Source: Promethearchaeota archaeon (GTDB taxonomy: Archaea; Asgardarchaeota; Lokiarchaeia; Sigyniarchaeales; SOKP01). Taken from it: a stretch of DNA of 64,000 bases. This document shows positions 40,231 to 49,067 of this stretch, in pieces. The notes beneath the pieces are model-generated. The model was not told the origin of the DNA. It did no database searches and saw only the letters and a program-made list of their open reading frames with translations. Position 1 is the first letter of the stretch; every line of letters begins with the position of its first letter. The stretch is from NCBI GenBank assembly GCA_019058365.1, contig JAHPZE010000008.1:32001-96000 (forward strand), read 5' to 3'. A program made the translations under genes and the position numbers.

Positions 40231-41187
40231 ATGTCAACCAGAATAAAAACGCCCAATCTTGATGACATTTGGGTGAAATGGAAGGAGAAAGCTGCAAGAA
40301 CAGATCGAAAAAAGATGGAAAAACAATTTGGAACCAAAGGAGCAGTTTTTTCTTTAGATGCTATAAGTGCAGCAGAATATGTTAAAGATACAATGAAAGA
40401 AGCAGCAATATATTTTGCTGTTAAAAAATCACTTGGACCTGCACCAACAGGGAAAGAAGAAAACTTAGTTACAGCTCCAAGAGTAGGAAGAGAACAATAT
40501 TATTCCTTTAAAGGTGCTGGTAAAATTAATAAGGAAAATTGGAAAGGTAATGAAAAAGTCCCTCATTTTGAGTCAATTCAAGCTGTTCCTTGCAAAAATT
40601 GCAAAGGAAAAGGATATCTCGAAGATAAATGTAAAACATGTAAAGGAACGGGAAAAATCGAGGAAATTTTTACAGTTTTAGTTGGTGAAGAACAAAAAAA
40701 AGAAAAAAAACCCTTTTCCTACCCTTGTGGTGCGTGTTATGGAACGGGTAACAGAACAGAACCATGCAAGGAGTGTGGAGGCCATAAGAATATGTATAAA
40801 TATGAAATTCTTCCAGTTCCTTTTCAATCTGTTGTAACTGGAATCCCAATTTTACATAGTAGTGCTCAAACAAGATATGAAAAAGAAATCGGCGAAGACC
40901 TTCATAAAATAATTGAAGATGTTGAAGGAATAAAATTCAGTGATTTTAAAGAACTAGAGTCTAAAACAGAAGCATCTTTAGGGTATATGAATAAAAATAT
41001 CAGTAAGACTATAGGAGCCGCGAAGACTGATTATAGAAAACATGAAAAGGATAAAGATGCCCAAATCACATCCCAGATTTATCTCTTTCCGATGATACAA
41101 ATGATGGCGATTACCAAGCGAGGAACGAAGTTTGAAATCTACAGTCTTGGCTCAGGAAATAAATTTATGGTTTATTCTAATTTTTAA
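40231..41187 (+). CDS. CxxCxGxG (DnaJ-type zinc finger) repeat protein without a J-domain, SSUH2-like
   Basis: CKNCKGKG, CKTCKGTG, CGACYGTG, CKECGG; no HPD motif. Confidence 0.75.
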   Translation: MSTRIKTPNLDDIWVKWKEKAARTDRKKMEKQFGTKGAVFSLDAISAAEYVKDTMKEAAIYFAVKKSLGPAPTGKEENLVTAPRVGREQYYSFKGAGKINKENWKGNEKVPHFESIQAVPCKNCKGKGYLEDKCKTCKGTGKIEEIFTVLVGEEQKKEKKPFSYPCGACYGTGNRTEPCKECGGHKNMYKYEILPVPFQSVVTGIPILHSSAQTRYEKEIGEDLHKIIEDVEGIKFSDFKELESKTEASLGYMNKNISKTIGAAKTDYRKHEKDKDAQITSQIYLFPMIQMMAITKRGTKFEIYSLGSGNKFMVYSNF

Positions 41188-41294
41188 TTCCTATTTTTTT
41201 TTTAAAGTTAATTTCTTAATTTTGTATTAAATAACGATCTTTTCTCCTAATTTAGCTCCTAATCTAAACATTTAAATATAAGATAAGATAAACA

Positions 41295-41326
41295 TAAGTT
41301 GAAACTTACATATAGGTTCAAACTTA
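41295..41326. promoter_or_regulatory. Tandem 14-bp palindromic boxes TAAGTTGAAACTTA and TAGGTTCAAACTTA
   Basis: Two TAAGTT-NN-AACTTA-type boxes 4 bp apart, just downstream of TATA-like TTTAAATA (41271-41278). Confidence 0.55.
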
Positions 41327-41346
41327 TATATATGAAGTGAAAAATA

Positions 41347-41979
41347 GTGATAGAAGAAAGTAAAATAGTGAAAGAAAAAAGGTCTTTTAATCACGAAAGT
41401 CTTTTTGGTTATTATATACCCGATAATGCATTTTTAATTTCGATGATTGGTATTTTTACAGCTTTAAATTTTGTTGTAACATATTGGATTCAGATTCCTA
41501 TTCCTGCTACTGGAGGTTACATTAATATTGGAGATGTTGCCGTAATGTTCACGGCCCTTTTATTTGGACCCATTATAGGGGGTATTGCAGGTGGCGTAGG
41601 ACCCATGCTAGCAGACATTTTTTCACCGTGGATAATTTATGCTCCTGCTACTCTACTTATTAAAGGCATCGAGGGATTTTTAATTGGATTTATTGCAAAT
41701 CCCAAAGATTGTGAAGGGAGAGTTTCTTATCATGATATAATTGCAGTTTTAACTGGTGGAATTTTAATTCCTTTGGGATATTTTATTTATGAAGCATTTA
41801 TACTTCAGTTAGGAATTGCCGTAGCATTGGTCGAGATGCCTGGTAACTTTTTTCAATTTGGATTTGCTGCAATAGGTTCAATTTTACTTATAGCTGCTTC
41901 AAGAAAAAACATAATTGAAGCTCTACCACAGATATTTAATAAAGTATTTATTCAAATAGATAAAGGAAACAATGAATAA
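41347..41979 (+). CDS. ECF transporter S component
   Basis: A.FTAL..V.T..I.IPIP..GGYINIGD...A.LFGP..G...GG.G..LAD...YAP.T..IKG.EG. Confidence 0.9.
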   Translation: MIEESKIVKEKRSFNHESLFGYYIPDNAFLISMIGIFTALNFVVTYWIQIPIPATGGYINIGDVAVMFTALLFGPIIGGIAGGVGPMLADIFSPWIIYAPATLLIKGIEGFLIGFIANPKDCEGRVSYHDIIAVLTGGILIPLGYFIYEAFILQLGIAVALVEMPGNFFQFGFAAIGSILLIAASRKNIIEALPQIFNKVFIQIDKGNNE

Positions 41980-41987
41980 GGTATACT

Positions 41988-43424
41988 TTAAAGTAGTGTA
42001 ATCAAAACATCAAGAACATCCAAGACTTTTTTACCACTTTCAGTAATATAATATAACACATTTTTTCCTTCTTTTTTTCGAGAAATCAATCCTTTAGATT
42101 CTAATTCTTTCAAGTGCTGATATATTGCTGCTAAACTTATAGTTCCCATAATTTCTTGAATTTTAGTACCACTAATTCCCTTAATACTCGTTAATGAAAT
42201 TTGCGATAAAATTTTCAGTTTTGTAATAATAATTGATCCTTTGCCCGTTGTTTTTGTTTGAGAGGAGATAGCTTCTAACACATATGGTGCTTTTAGTCCA
42301 CTTCCTGTAATTAAGCATACAATCTTTTCATTAACTCCAAAAGTATTTTTTTGATTTAAGGTTTGCAATCCCGCTACTGTTAAAGCAGAAGCGGGCTCAG
42401 CAAAAATTCCCTCATATCGTATAAGCTTATCAATTGAATTCAAAATATTATCTTCGGGAATAGTTATAACAGTACCTTCACTCTCTCTTATGCATCTAAT
42501 AGCTAAATCTTTATAAATAGGTTTTTTTACTAATATTCCTAAAGCAAGAGATTTATCCAATCTTTTGCTTATTGGGTTAATGTTATCTTCTTTAAGAAAT
42601 TCATCTACAATGGGAGATAATATTTGAGACTGTATACCTACTAATTTTGGAATGTTATTTATGACATTAGCATCCCGAAGTTCATGAAATCCTTTCCATA
42701 AACTTACTAATAATTCTCCACTTCCCATGGGGATTAAAATCCAACTTGGATCTTCAATCTGTTTAATTATTTCATAAGCAATGGTTTTCTGGGCTTCAAG
42801 AGTAAGTGGATTTAAATCGGGAGTACCTTGATAGAAATCTGTAATATTCTCCCGTATTAACAGTTCTTCAATAGCATCATCAACAGTTTCTCCAATTACT
42901 TCTAATTCGGAGTTATAAGCGATTATTTGGGCTTTTTTACCTACATCAATTATTCTTGGAATGATATTCAAACAACCCATTCCTTCAACAGAAGTATAGG
43001 CTGCTAATGAGGCACCTTGATTACCATTTGAAGCACAGATAATCTTTTTATAATCCCAACTTCTCGCATGGGAAGTTAATAATGCCGCAGCACGATCCTT
43101 GAAAGAATTTGTAGGATTTTGAGTTTCGTCTTTAAAAAATAAACATTTTAATCCTAATTTTTCTCCAAATCTTTTTGATTTTCTACATGGGCTACCTCCT
43201 TCCCCTAATGAAACAATAAAATTATCCTCTATCTGAGGAAGTGCAAATTTATAATCCCAAAATTTATTGATAGCTTCAGCTTTAGAGAACTTCTGTTTAA
43301 AATTTTCTAAATTTACGTCAAACCATAATAATCCTTTACATTCAGGACATTTATGTTGAATAGAGGTAAATTCAAATTTTTTTTTGCATTCTATACAAGT
43401 TAGAGTTAGTGATTTTTTAATAAT
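41988..43424 (-). CDS. thrC: Threonine synthase-like PLP enzyme with a C-terminal winged-helix domain; extends 148 codons upstream of the tracked ATG
   Basis: Upstream in-frame CIECK...CPECKG, SLGEGGSP, KDETQNPTNSFKDR (PLP Lys), ASNGNQGASLAAY; EGIFAEPASA, ITGSGLK; C-terminal SLAAIYQHLKELESKGLI...YYITESGK. Confidence 0.85.
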   Translation of the reverse strand: MIKKSLTLTCIECKKKFEFTSIQHKCPECKGLLWFDVNLENFKQKFSKAEAINKFWDYKFALPQIEDNFIVSLGEGGSPCRKSKRFGEKLGLKCLFFKDETQNPTNSFKDRAAALLTSHARSWDYKKIICASNGNQGASLAAYTSVEGMGCLNIIPRIIDVGKKAQIIAYNSELEVIGETVDDAIEELLIRENITDFYQGTPDLNPLTLEAQKTIAYEIIKQIEDPSWILIPMGSGELLVSLWKGFHELRDANVINNIPKLVGIQSQILSPIVDEFLKEDNINPISKRLDKSLALGILVKKPIYKDLAIRCIRESEGTVITIPEDNILNSIDKLIRYEGIFAEPASALTVAGLQTLNQKNTFGVNEKIVCLITGSGLKAPYVLEAISSQTKTTGKGSIIITKLKILSQISLTSIKGISGTKIQEIMGTISLAAIYQHLKELESKGLISRKKEGKNVLYYITESGKKVLDVLDVLITLL

Positions 43425-43640
43425 GAAATAACCTCTAAGACAAATATTAATTTTGATTTATTAATTAATTGGGTTTTTTTATTATTAATTTCTTTTGACA
43501 ACCTTTTTTCTTTTGCGAGATAATTTAATAGAGATTAATTTATATGATTATATGTAAAAATTTACGATGAATCGTAAAACTTTTTTATAATAATAAAAAA
43601 ATTAAAAAAATAATTCAAATTCTATTTGAAGTGATAATAA

Positions 43641-43955
43641 ATTCTTCTATGGATTATATTATTTAGTGTTTTAGGGAGTATTGGAGTTATAGCCTTAGCT
43701 TTTATTTTTCTTAATTTAACTAAAAATGGTATTGAATTAGCAAAAGAATTGAACCGACATAGTAGGCTTCTCGAAATTCTGTTATATAATGAATTAGGAC
43801 TCCATCCAACTAAAGCTCACAATGAAAGTAAAAAATTTAGCTTACTTTTTTCATGTGAAACAATAAATAAAATCTATGAAAAATATGGCCCTCCCGAAGA
43901 ATGCCCTTGTGGTGAAAAGATTGTAAATAGTTCAGGGTGTTTTTGTGAAAAATAA
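43641..43955 (+). pseudogene. Chimeric or truncated DtxR/MntR metal-binding domain behind a hydrophobic leader, HTH missing
   Basis: In frame: ILLWIILFSVLGSIGVIALAFIFL-NLTKNGIELAKELNRHSRLLEILLYNELGL...AH.E...GPPEECPCGEKI. Confidence 0.55.
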
Positions 43956-43975
43956 ATTTACACTAAAATAAATAA

Positions 43976-44452
43976 TTATTTAGCAATTTCATTAGAAGCA
44001 TAAGCAGTTAGAATCTTTCCATAAAAATAATGGTGACTGCTCATATTTGATTTACTCGTATGAATAATCTGACATTCATAGCTTAAGATACAATCTTTTA
44101 TTGTAGGTACTTTTGTTTTTTTTCCCGGAATGGTTTCCAATCCTGCTTGTTTGAATTTGTTAGTATTTCTACCCGAATAAGAACCCGCAATATCTACTAC
44201 CTCATAATTATTCTCTGAGGGTATATTTATAGTAAATTCATTTACTCCCTCTGTGAGTAATTGATAAGTATATCGGCTATAAGCGACCTGTGCTCTAATA
44301 ACAGGGTTACCATTTAATTCTTCAATAGTCTTCCAATCTAAAGCCATAACATTGAGGTTTCCATTTCTTTCCATTGAGACCATTAACGCTGTATTTCTCT
44401 TAAAATACTCAATATAATCATACGGTCCAATTTCTTTTCTATTATTTGACAT
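43976..44452 (-). CDS. Flavin reductase-like FMN-binding protein
   Basis: NVM...W, EFTINIP, GSYSGR..NKF, P.I.DC...YEC, H.YFYGKI. Confidence 0.85.
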   Translation of the reverse strand: MSNNRKEIGPYDYIEYFKRNTALMVSMERNGNLNVMALDWKTIEELNGNPVIRAQVAYSRYTYQLLTEGVNEFTINIPSENNYEVVDIAGSYSGRNTNKFKQAGLETIPGKKTKVPTIKDCILSYECQIIHTSKSNMSSHHYFYGKILTAYASNEIAK

Positions 44453-44507
44453 ATTTTTATAAAATCAATTTTTAGTTTTAATAAAATTATTTGAAAAAGT
44501 TTAAAAA

Positions 44508-45335
44508 TTAAGGAAGCCCCGCACCGGGTATATCTACTTTCACATATTCTATTCGTCCGTTTATCCTTTCATGGGTTGAGGTGGCAATAAAAAGAATATC
44601 ACGATCAGATCCACCAAGCATACATGCATAAGCATCTGTTTCAACTTTTATTTTATGAGTAATTTTACCCCCTTCAATAACACGTACAACCCTATGTCTA
44701 CCTGGGGCAGCCAACCAAATCCCACCTTCACTATCTAAACAAATACCATCAGGAGCAAGTGATTTGAGGTTAGCCCATATTCGACGCTCTATAAGAGAAC
44801 CATCTTTCATAATATCAAATGCTGTAAGACGAGCAGCGAATGTTTCTCCAACAATCAGAGTATTATCATCTGGTGTAATAACAACTCCATTTGGAAAAGC
44901 TATATTATCAGCAACAACTCTGGCATCTCCATTAGAGTCTACAAGAACAATTTCTGCAGGTTTGAATGGTTTAGTATTAAAATAATCAAAACCAAAATTC
45001 CCAACATAAGCTCTTCCTTTTTTATCCACAACCATGTCATTACAATAAAATGTTGCCAGACCACTTAAATCTGCATGTTCTGTTATTCCTTCGGGATCAA
45101 GACGAAGTAAAGTACAATTTTCCATTGAAACTATTAAAAGTCTGTCATTTGGAAGCCAACCTAAACCAGAAGGACGATTCGGTATCTCTACTATTGTTTC
45201 CGTATTTCCATTAAGATCCAAAGTCATTACCTTATGGTTATCCATATCAGAAAACCATAATTTATCATTATGCCATCGCGGGCTTTCTGGAAATAACAAA
45301 CCTTCTAGAAGCACTCTTGTTTCTAAAAATACCAT
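44508..45335 (-). CDS. SMP-30/gluconolactonase/LRE family protein
   Basis: FPESPRWH..LWFSD, CNDMVVD, FPNG, PDGICLD.EGG.W. Confidence 0.92.
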   Translation of the reverse strand: MVFLETRVLLEGLLFPESPRWHNDKLWFSDMDNHKVMTLDLNGNTETIVEIPNRPSGLGWLPNDRLLIVSMENCTLLRLDPEGITEHADLSGLATFYCNDMVVDKKGRAYVGNFGFDYFNTKPFKPAEIVLVDSNGDARVVADNIAFPNGVVITPDDNTLIVGETFAARLTAFDIMKDGSLIERRIWANLKSLAPDGICLDSEGGIWLAAPGRHRVVRVIEGGKITHKIKVETDAYACMLGGSDRDILFIATSTHERINGRIEYVKVDIPGAGLP

Positions 45336-45368
45336 GTCTTACACACTTTTTTAACTTCGAAATTTTAT

Positions 45369-45608
45369 TTATGGTTTAAATTTTTCATCATGAATGACTT
45401 TGTCTATTGCGTTTAAACATGCATCTTCCCAATCATCATCAGGATCAATACTTTCACAACATTCAGGACACCAATCATCAGAATAGCCCTCATCAAACTC
45501 ATCCGCTTCCATGTCACCATTTAGGATGGTTCCACAGTAGAAACATACACCATCATCGTATCTATCCAATATTTCTGAAATCAATTGAATTTTTTTTTTT
45601 GAATTCAT
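45369..45608 (-). CDS. Small acidic putative zinc-binding protein
   Basis: CFYCG...WCPECC; very D/E-rich. Confidence 0.7.
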   Translation of the reverse strand: MNSKKKIQLISEILDRYDDGVCFYCGTILNGDMEADEFDEGYSDDWCPECCESIDPDDDWEDACLNAIDKVIHDEKFKP

Positions 45609-45685
45609 TTTCTTAAAGTAAAATTTTATTAGGAAATATTATAAAATAAGAAAAAAAATAATTTAAGTGTTTATTGAATTAATCT

Positions 45686-46723
45686 CTAAATTATATATGA
45701 ATTAGCTTCTTTTAGCCTTTTTTCCGCATCTTTAACGATATCATCAATAATATATTGAACAGATTCTATCGAATTAATTATACCTATACTTTGACCTAAA
45801 AGAACTGCTCCATCATTAATATTGCCATCATAAGTTATTTCATAAAATTTCTGATCTTCTAATGCCATAGCAGGAGTTATCTGTGCTTCCATTGCTAACT
45901 TCTCTTCCTTACTTGAAACAACTCCATGGTGTAAAGAATAATTGTTTTTCCAAAGTCTTATTGGGCCTAATACCCCTGTTACATATATTGTATCACTTGC
46001 TTTCGCAGATGGCACAATGTTTTTATAATTCTTATGAAATTCACTCTCTTTTGACGCGATAAATCTTGACCCCATAGCAATTGCTCCTGCTCCCATTGTT
46101 AATGCTGAAGCTAAACCTTCTCCACTTGCAAATCCTCCACATGCTATAAACGGTAGATCTGGATACTTTCGCTTAACTTGTTGAAGAAGCACTAATGTGC
46201 TAATTTTTTCGTAAGACTGATGACCTCCACCTTCGTATCCTGTCAATACAACCCCATCAACTCCCGCGTCAATACACTTTCCAGCTAGCCATAATGCTGG
46301 AGCAACATGAAAATGTTTAATATTAGAACCACTTTCTCTTAATCTTTGAAATGATTTTGTTTTTGGTAATTGTTTAGCTGACCCTGCACTTGTTACTGCG
46401 TAAACACATTGTTCTTTTATTTTCGGATTATCCATAATAAATCTTGAAATCCCACGACAGAGTCCTGGAGCATCTAGTTGTAATCGTGATGTTCTTATAT
46501 TAAAACCAAATGGTTTATCAGTATGTTCGATTACAAACTCCATATCTTTCTTCATTTCTTCTAAACTATTTTTTCCGAATAGATTGGTATGACTTAAAAC
46601 TCCCAATCCTCCTGCTTCGGAAACAGCAACAGTTAATTCTTTAGTGTAAAATGGGCCCATAGGAGCTGCAATAATTGGATGCTTAATTCCGAGCATTTCA
46701 GTTATGTTTGTTTTTAACCCCAT
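45686..46723 (-). CDS. Nitronate monooxygenase/FabK-like FMN oxidoreductase
   Basis: LGIKHPII.APM, AVSEAGGLG, GYEGGGH, IACGG, MGSRF, GQ.IG.I. Confidence 0.9.
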   Translation of the reverse strand: MGLKTNITEMLGIKHPIIAAPMGPFYTKELTVAVSEAGGLGVLSHTNLFGKNSLEEMKKDMEFVIEHTDKPFGFNIRTSRLQLDAPGLCRGISRFIMDNPKIKEQCVYAVTSAGSAKQLPKTKSFQRLRESGSNIKHFHVAPALWLAGKCIDAGVDGVVLTGYEGGGHQSYEKISTLVLLQQVKRKYPDLPFIACGGFASGEGLASALTMGAGAIAMGSRFIASKESEFHKNYKNIVPSAKASDTIYVTGVLGPIRLWKNNYSLHHGVVSSKEEKLAMEAQITPAMALEDQKFYEITYDGNINDGAVLLGQSIGIINSIESVQYIIDDIVKDAEKRLKEANSYII

Positions 46724-47035
46724 TTATTTTAACAACTTTTTACTTGTTTTAATATTTATAATAAGATTATAATAGTGATAGTGAGAAATAAGAAAAGAAT
46801 ATAAATCTTTTATTACTTAAAAAACGATTAATTAGATAGTATTCTCTTTAAAGAAATGCTTTTTTATTTTTTAAAATAATTAGAATCGAGACTGTAAAGT
46901 TTTCAACATTGTTTTTCTAAATATATTTAAATATAAGTTTCTTTTTGTTTTTATAAATTAAATAATCAAAGATATTCATAAACCAGTAACTTATTGATGA
47001 AAAATTTTGAATCTCTTTTCTAGGCGATTACTGCG

Positions 47036-48037
47036 TTGGAAGGAACTGTTAATTTAAAATTGGTCTTGTTAGGAGAAGCTAGTGTAGGGAAAACTTCAAT
47101 TATTAACACATATTTAGGGAGAGAGTTTCCAGAACAATATTTACCAACAATTGGGAATGAAACTGCTAAAAAAGAGTATAATATAAAAGAAACAGAAAAA
47201 ACTATAAGCATTACGGTTTGGGATGCTGGAGGTCAACGAGCATTTAACCCTTTTAATCCAAAATTATATACCAATATTGATGGAGCTCTTTTAGTCTTCG
47301 ATCTCACAAAACCAAAAGAAACATTTATGAATTTAAAAAAAGAGTATTTAGAAAACATAAACCGTTATTCTGAAGAAATTGTTACACTTTTAGTCGGAAA
47401 TAAAATAGATTTACTATCAAGTAATAAAATGCTTATTACAACCTTAAAAGAGCTTCTGACTAAAAGAGATCATGTATATTTAGTTTCAGCTAAAACGGGT
47501 GTAGGGGTTGATCAATGTTTTGAATTATTAATCTATACTTTTTTAAGAAAATCAGAGTTACTGAATCCCGATCTCGTTCCTAGCGAAACATCTAAAGCAT
47601 TTCTTAATTTAATTGGAAAAAGTGAAGAACAGTTAAAAGATCAATTGTTAAATTTATCGAACATTGATTCAGTTTTAGAAAAGGTAAAAAAAGAACCACA
47701 AGTTAAAAAAGAAAGCATTGTTGAGAAAGAAATCAATGAATTGAAATATTATGATTTCTTGAGACAAGAATTAGAAAAAAATGAAACTCAAAAAAATGAA
47801 GTTATGGATCAGTTTTTAATTAATATTTCGGAACTAGATAAAACAATCAAACGTATTCAAAAATCGCATGCTAAATCAGTTAAAGATTTAATCGACAACT
47901 TATTAAATCTTTTAACGATCACTAAGAAAGATTTTGATGTAAGTAAAGATTTAATTTTAAAACTAAATAGAGAAGAGTTTGAATTAGTAAAAATATTATC
48001 TAAGGTTAAAGAAGAACAATCTATACAACATGAATAG
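47036..48037 (+). CDS. Rab-like small GTPase with a C-terminal coiled-coil extension
   Basis: GEASVGKT, PTIG, WDAGGQ, GNKID, SAKTG; ~160 extra helical residues. Confidence 0.9.
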   Translation: MEGTVNLKLVLLGEASVGKTSIINTYLGREFPEQYLPTIGNETAKKEYNIKETEKTISITVWDAGGQRAFNPFNPKLYTNIDGALLVFDLTKPKETFMNLKKEYLENINRYSEEIVTLLVGNKIDLLSSNKMLITTLKELLTKRDHVYLVSAKTGVGVDQCFELLIYTFLRKSELLNPDLVPSETSKAFLNLIGKSEEQLKDQLLNLSNIDSVLEKVKKEPQVKKESIVEKEINELKYYDFLRQELEKNETQKNEVMDQFLINISELDKTIKRIQKSHAKSVKDLIDNLLNLLTITKKDFDVSKDLILKLNREEFELVKILSKVKEEQSIQHE

Positions 48038-48055
48038 AAGTTTTAGCTAGAAAAA

Positions 48056-49000
48056 TTGGATAATCACAATAAAAATGTAAAAATAATGAATAAAATGTCA
48101 GAAGAAATTAATGTTAAAGATTATCAGAAATTAAAGGAACAAGTTAATAAACTTGATCAGCTATTGAATGAGCAAACTAAAAAGTCTCCACAAAAAACAA
48201 GTGATCGAGTCAATAATCTTGAAAAAAAAATATTAGAACAAATAAATAATTTAAATCGAACTCTAAATGATAATATTAACAACCTCGAGAAAAAATTAAC
48301 TGAACAGAGCAATAAATTAGAACAGAGAACGAAAGTACAGTTCACACAATTGGATCTGAAAGTGGATAAGCAAGGAACTTTAACTAATAAGAAAATTGAA
48401 GATTTAGCAGATATGTTTGAAGGGGGATTAAAAGAAAAATACACTGCTCTTTATCAGAAGTTAGATGAAACCTTTAAAAAGCTGAAATTAGAAGTAGAAG
48501 AAAAATTTAATGCAGTTAATACGCAATTAAGTAAATATGTCGATAATTTTGAAAATGAAATAAAAATTCTTAAAGATAATATAAAAACACTGAACAATGA
48601 TTACTCAAATAAGTTAAATGTCTTTAAAGAAGAGTTTGATACCAAAGAGGATGTTCTGAGAGATATTTTTAAAAAATTCAATGAAGAAAATATAGAATAT
48701 CAAAACAACCTGAAACCTATATTAGAGGATCTTAAAAGCGAACAAGATTTAGTTAAAATAACTGTGGATGTACTTAAAAAACAGATATATGAAAGTGTAA
48801 AAGAGTGGATTGATGAAGAAATAAAACTAGCGTGTAAAAACAAAGAAAAAGAAATTCTCATGAATATTTGGATTGATGAAATGAAAGAGATCATTGATAA
48901 TTTAGATAAATTGAGAGAATTACATCCTAAAGAATTAAAACTTCATATTAATGAAATTTCAAGCACTATAGAATCCTTTAAACAGAAATTTATTAAATAA
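48056..49000 (+). CDS. Coiled-coil protein
   Basis: Continuous K/E/L/N-rich amphipathic heptads; 18 bp after the GTPase gene. Confidence 0.75.
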   Translation: MDNHNKNVKIMNKMSEEINVKDYQKLKEQVNKLDQLLNEQTKKSPQKTSDRVNNLEKKILEQINNLNRTLNDNINNLEKKLTEQSNKLEQRTKVQFTQLDLKVDKQGTLTNKKIEDLADMFEGGLKEKYTALYQKLDETFKKLKLEVEEKFNAVNTQLSKYVDNFENEIKILKDNIKTLNNDYSNKLNVFKEEFDTKEDVLRDIFKKFNEENIEYQNNLKPILEDLKSEQDLVKITVDVLKKQIYESVKEWIDEEIKLACKNKEKEILMNIWIDEMKEIIDNLDKLRELHPKELKLHINEISSTIESFKQKFIK

Positions 49001-49067
49001 TTTTTATTTGATAATTTCTTTTACAGAAAATCTTTTTTTAAAAATAATTTAATTAGATAAAAGTCCA

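Noticed and set aside
41988-43424. thrC-like gene as cysteate synthase feeding ComDE
   Set aside because: The NPTNSFKDR motif is ThrC-type, and the gene is 36 kb from comDE
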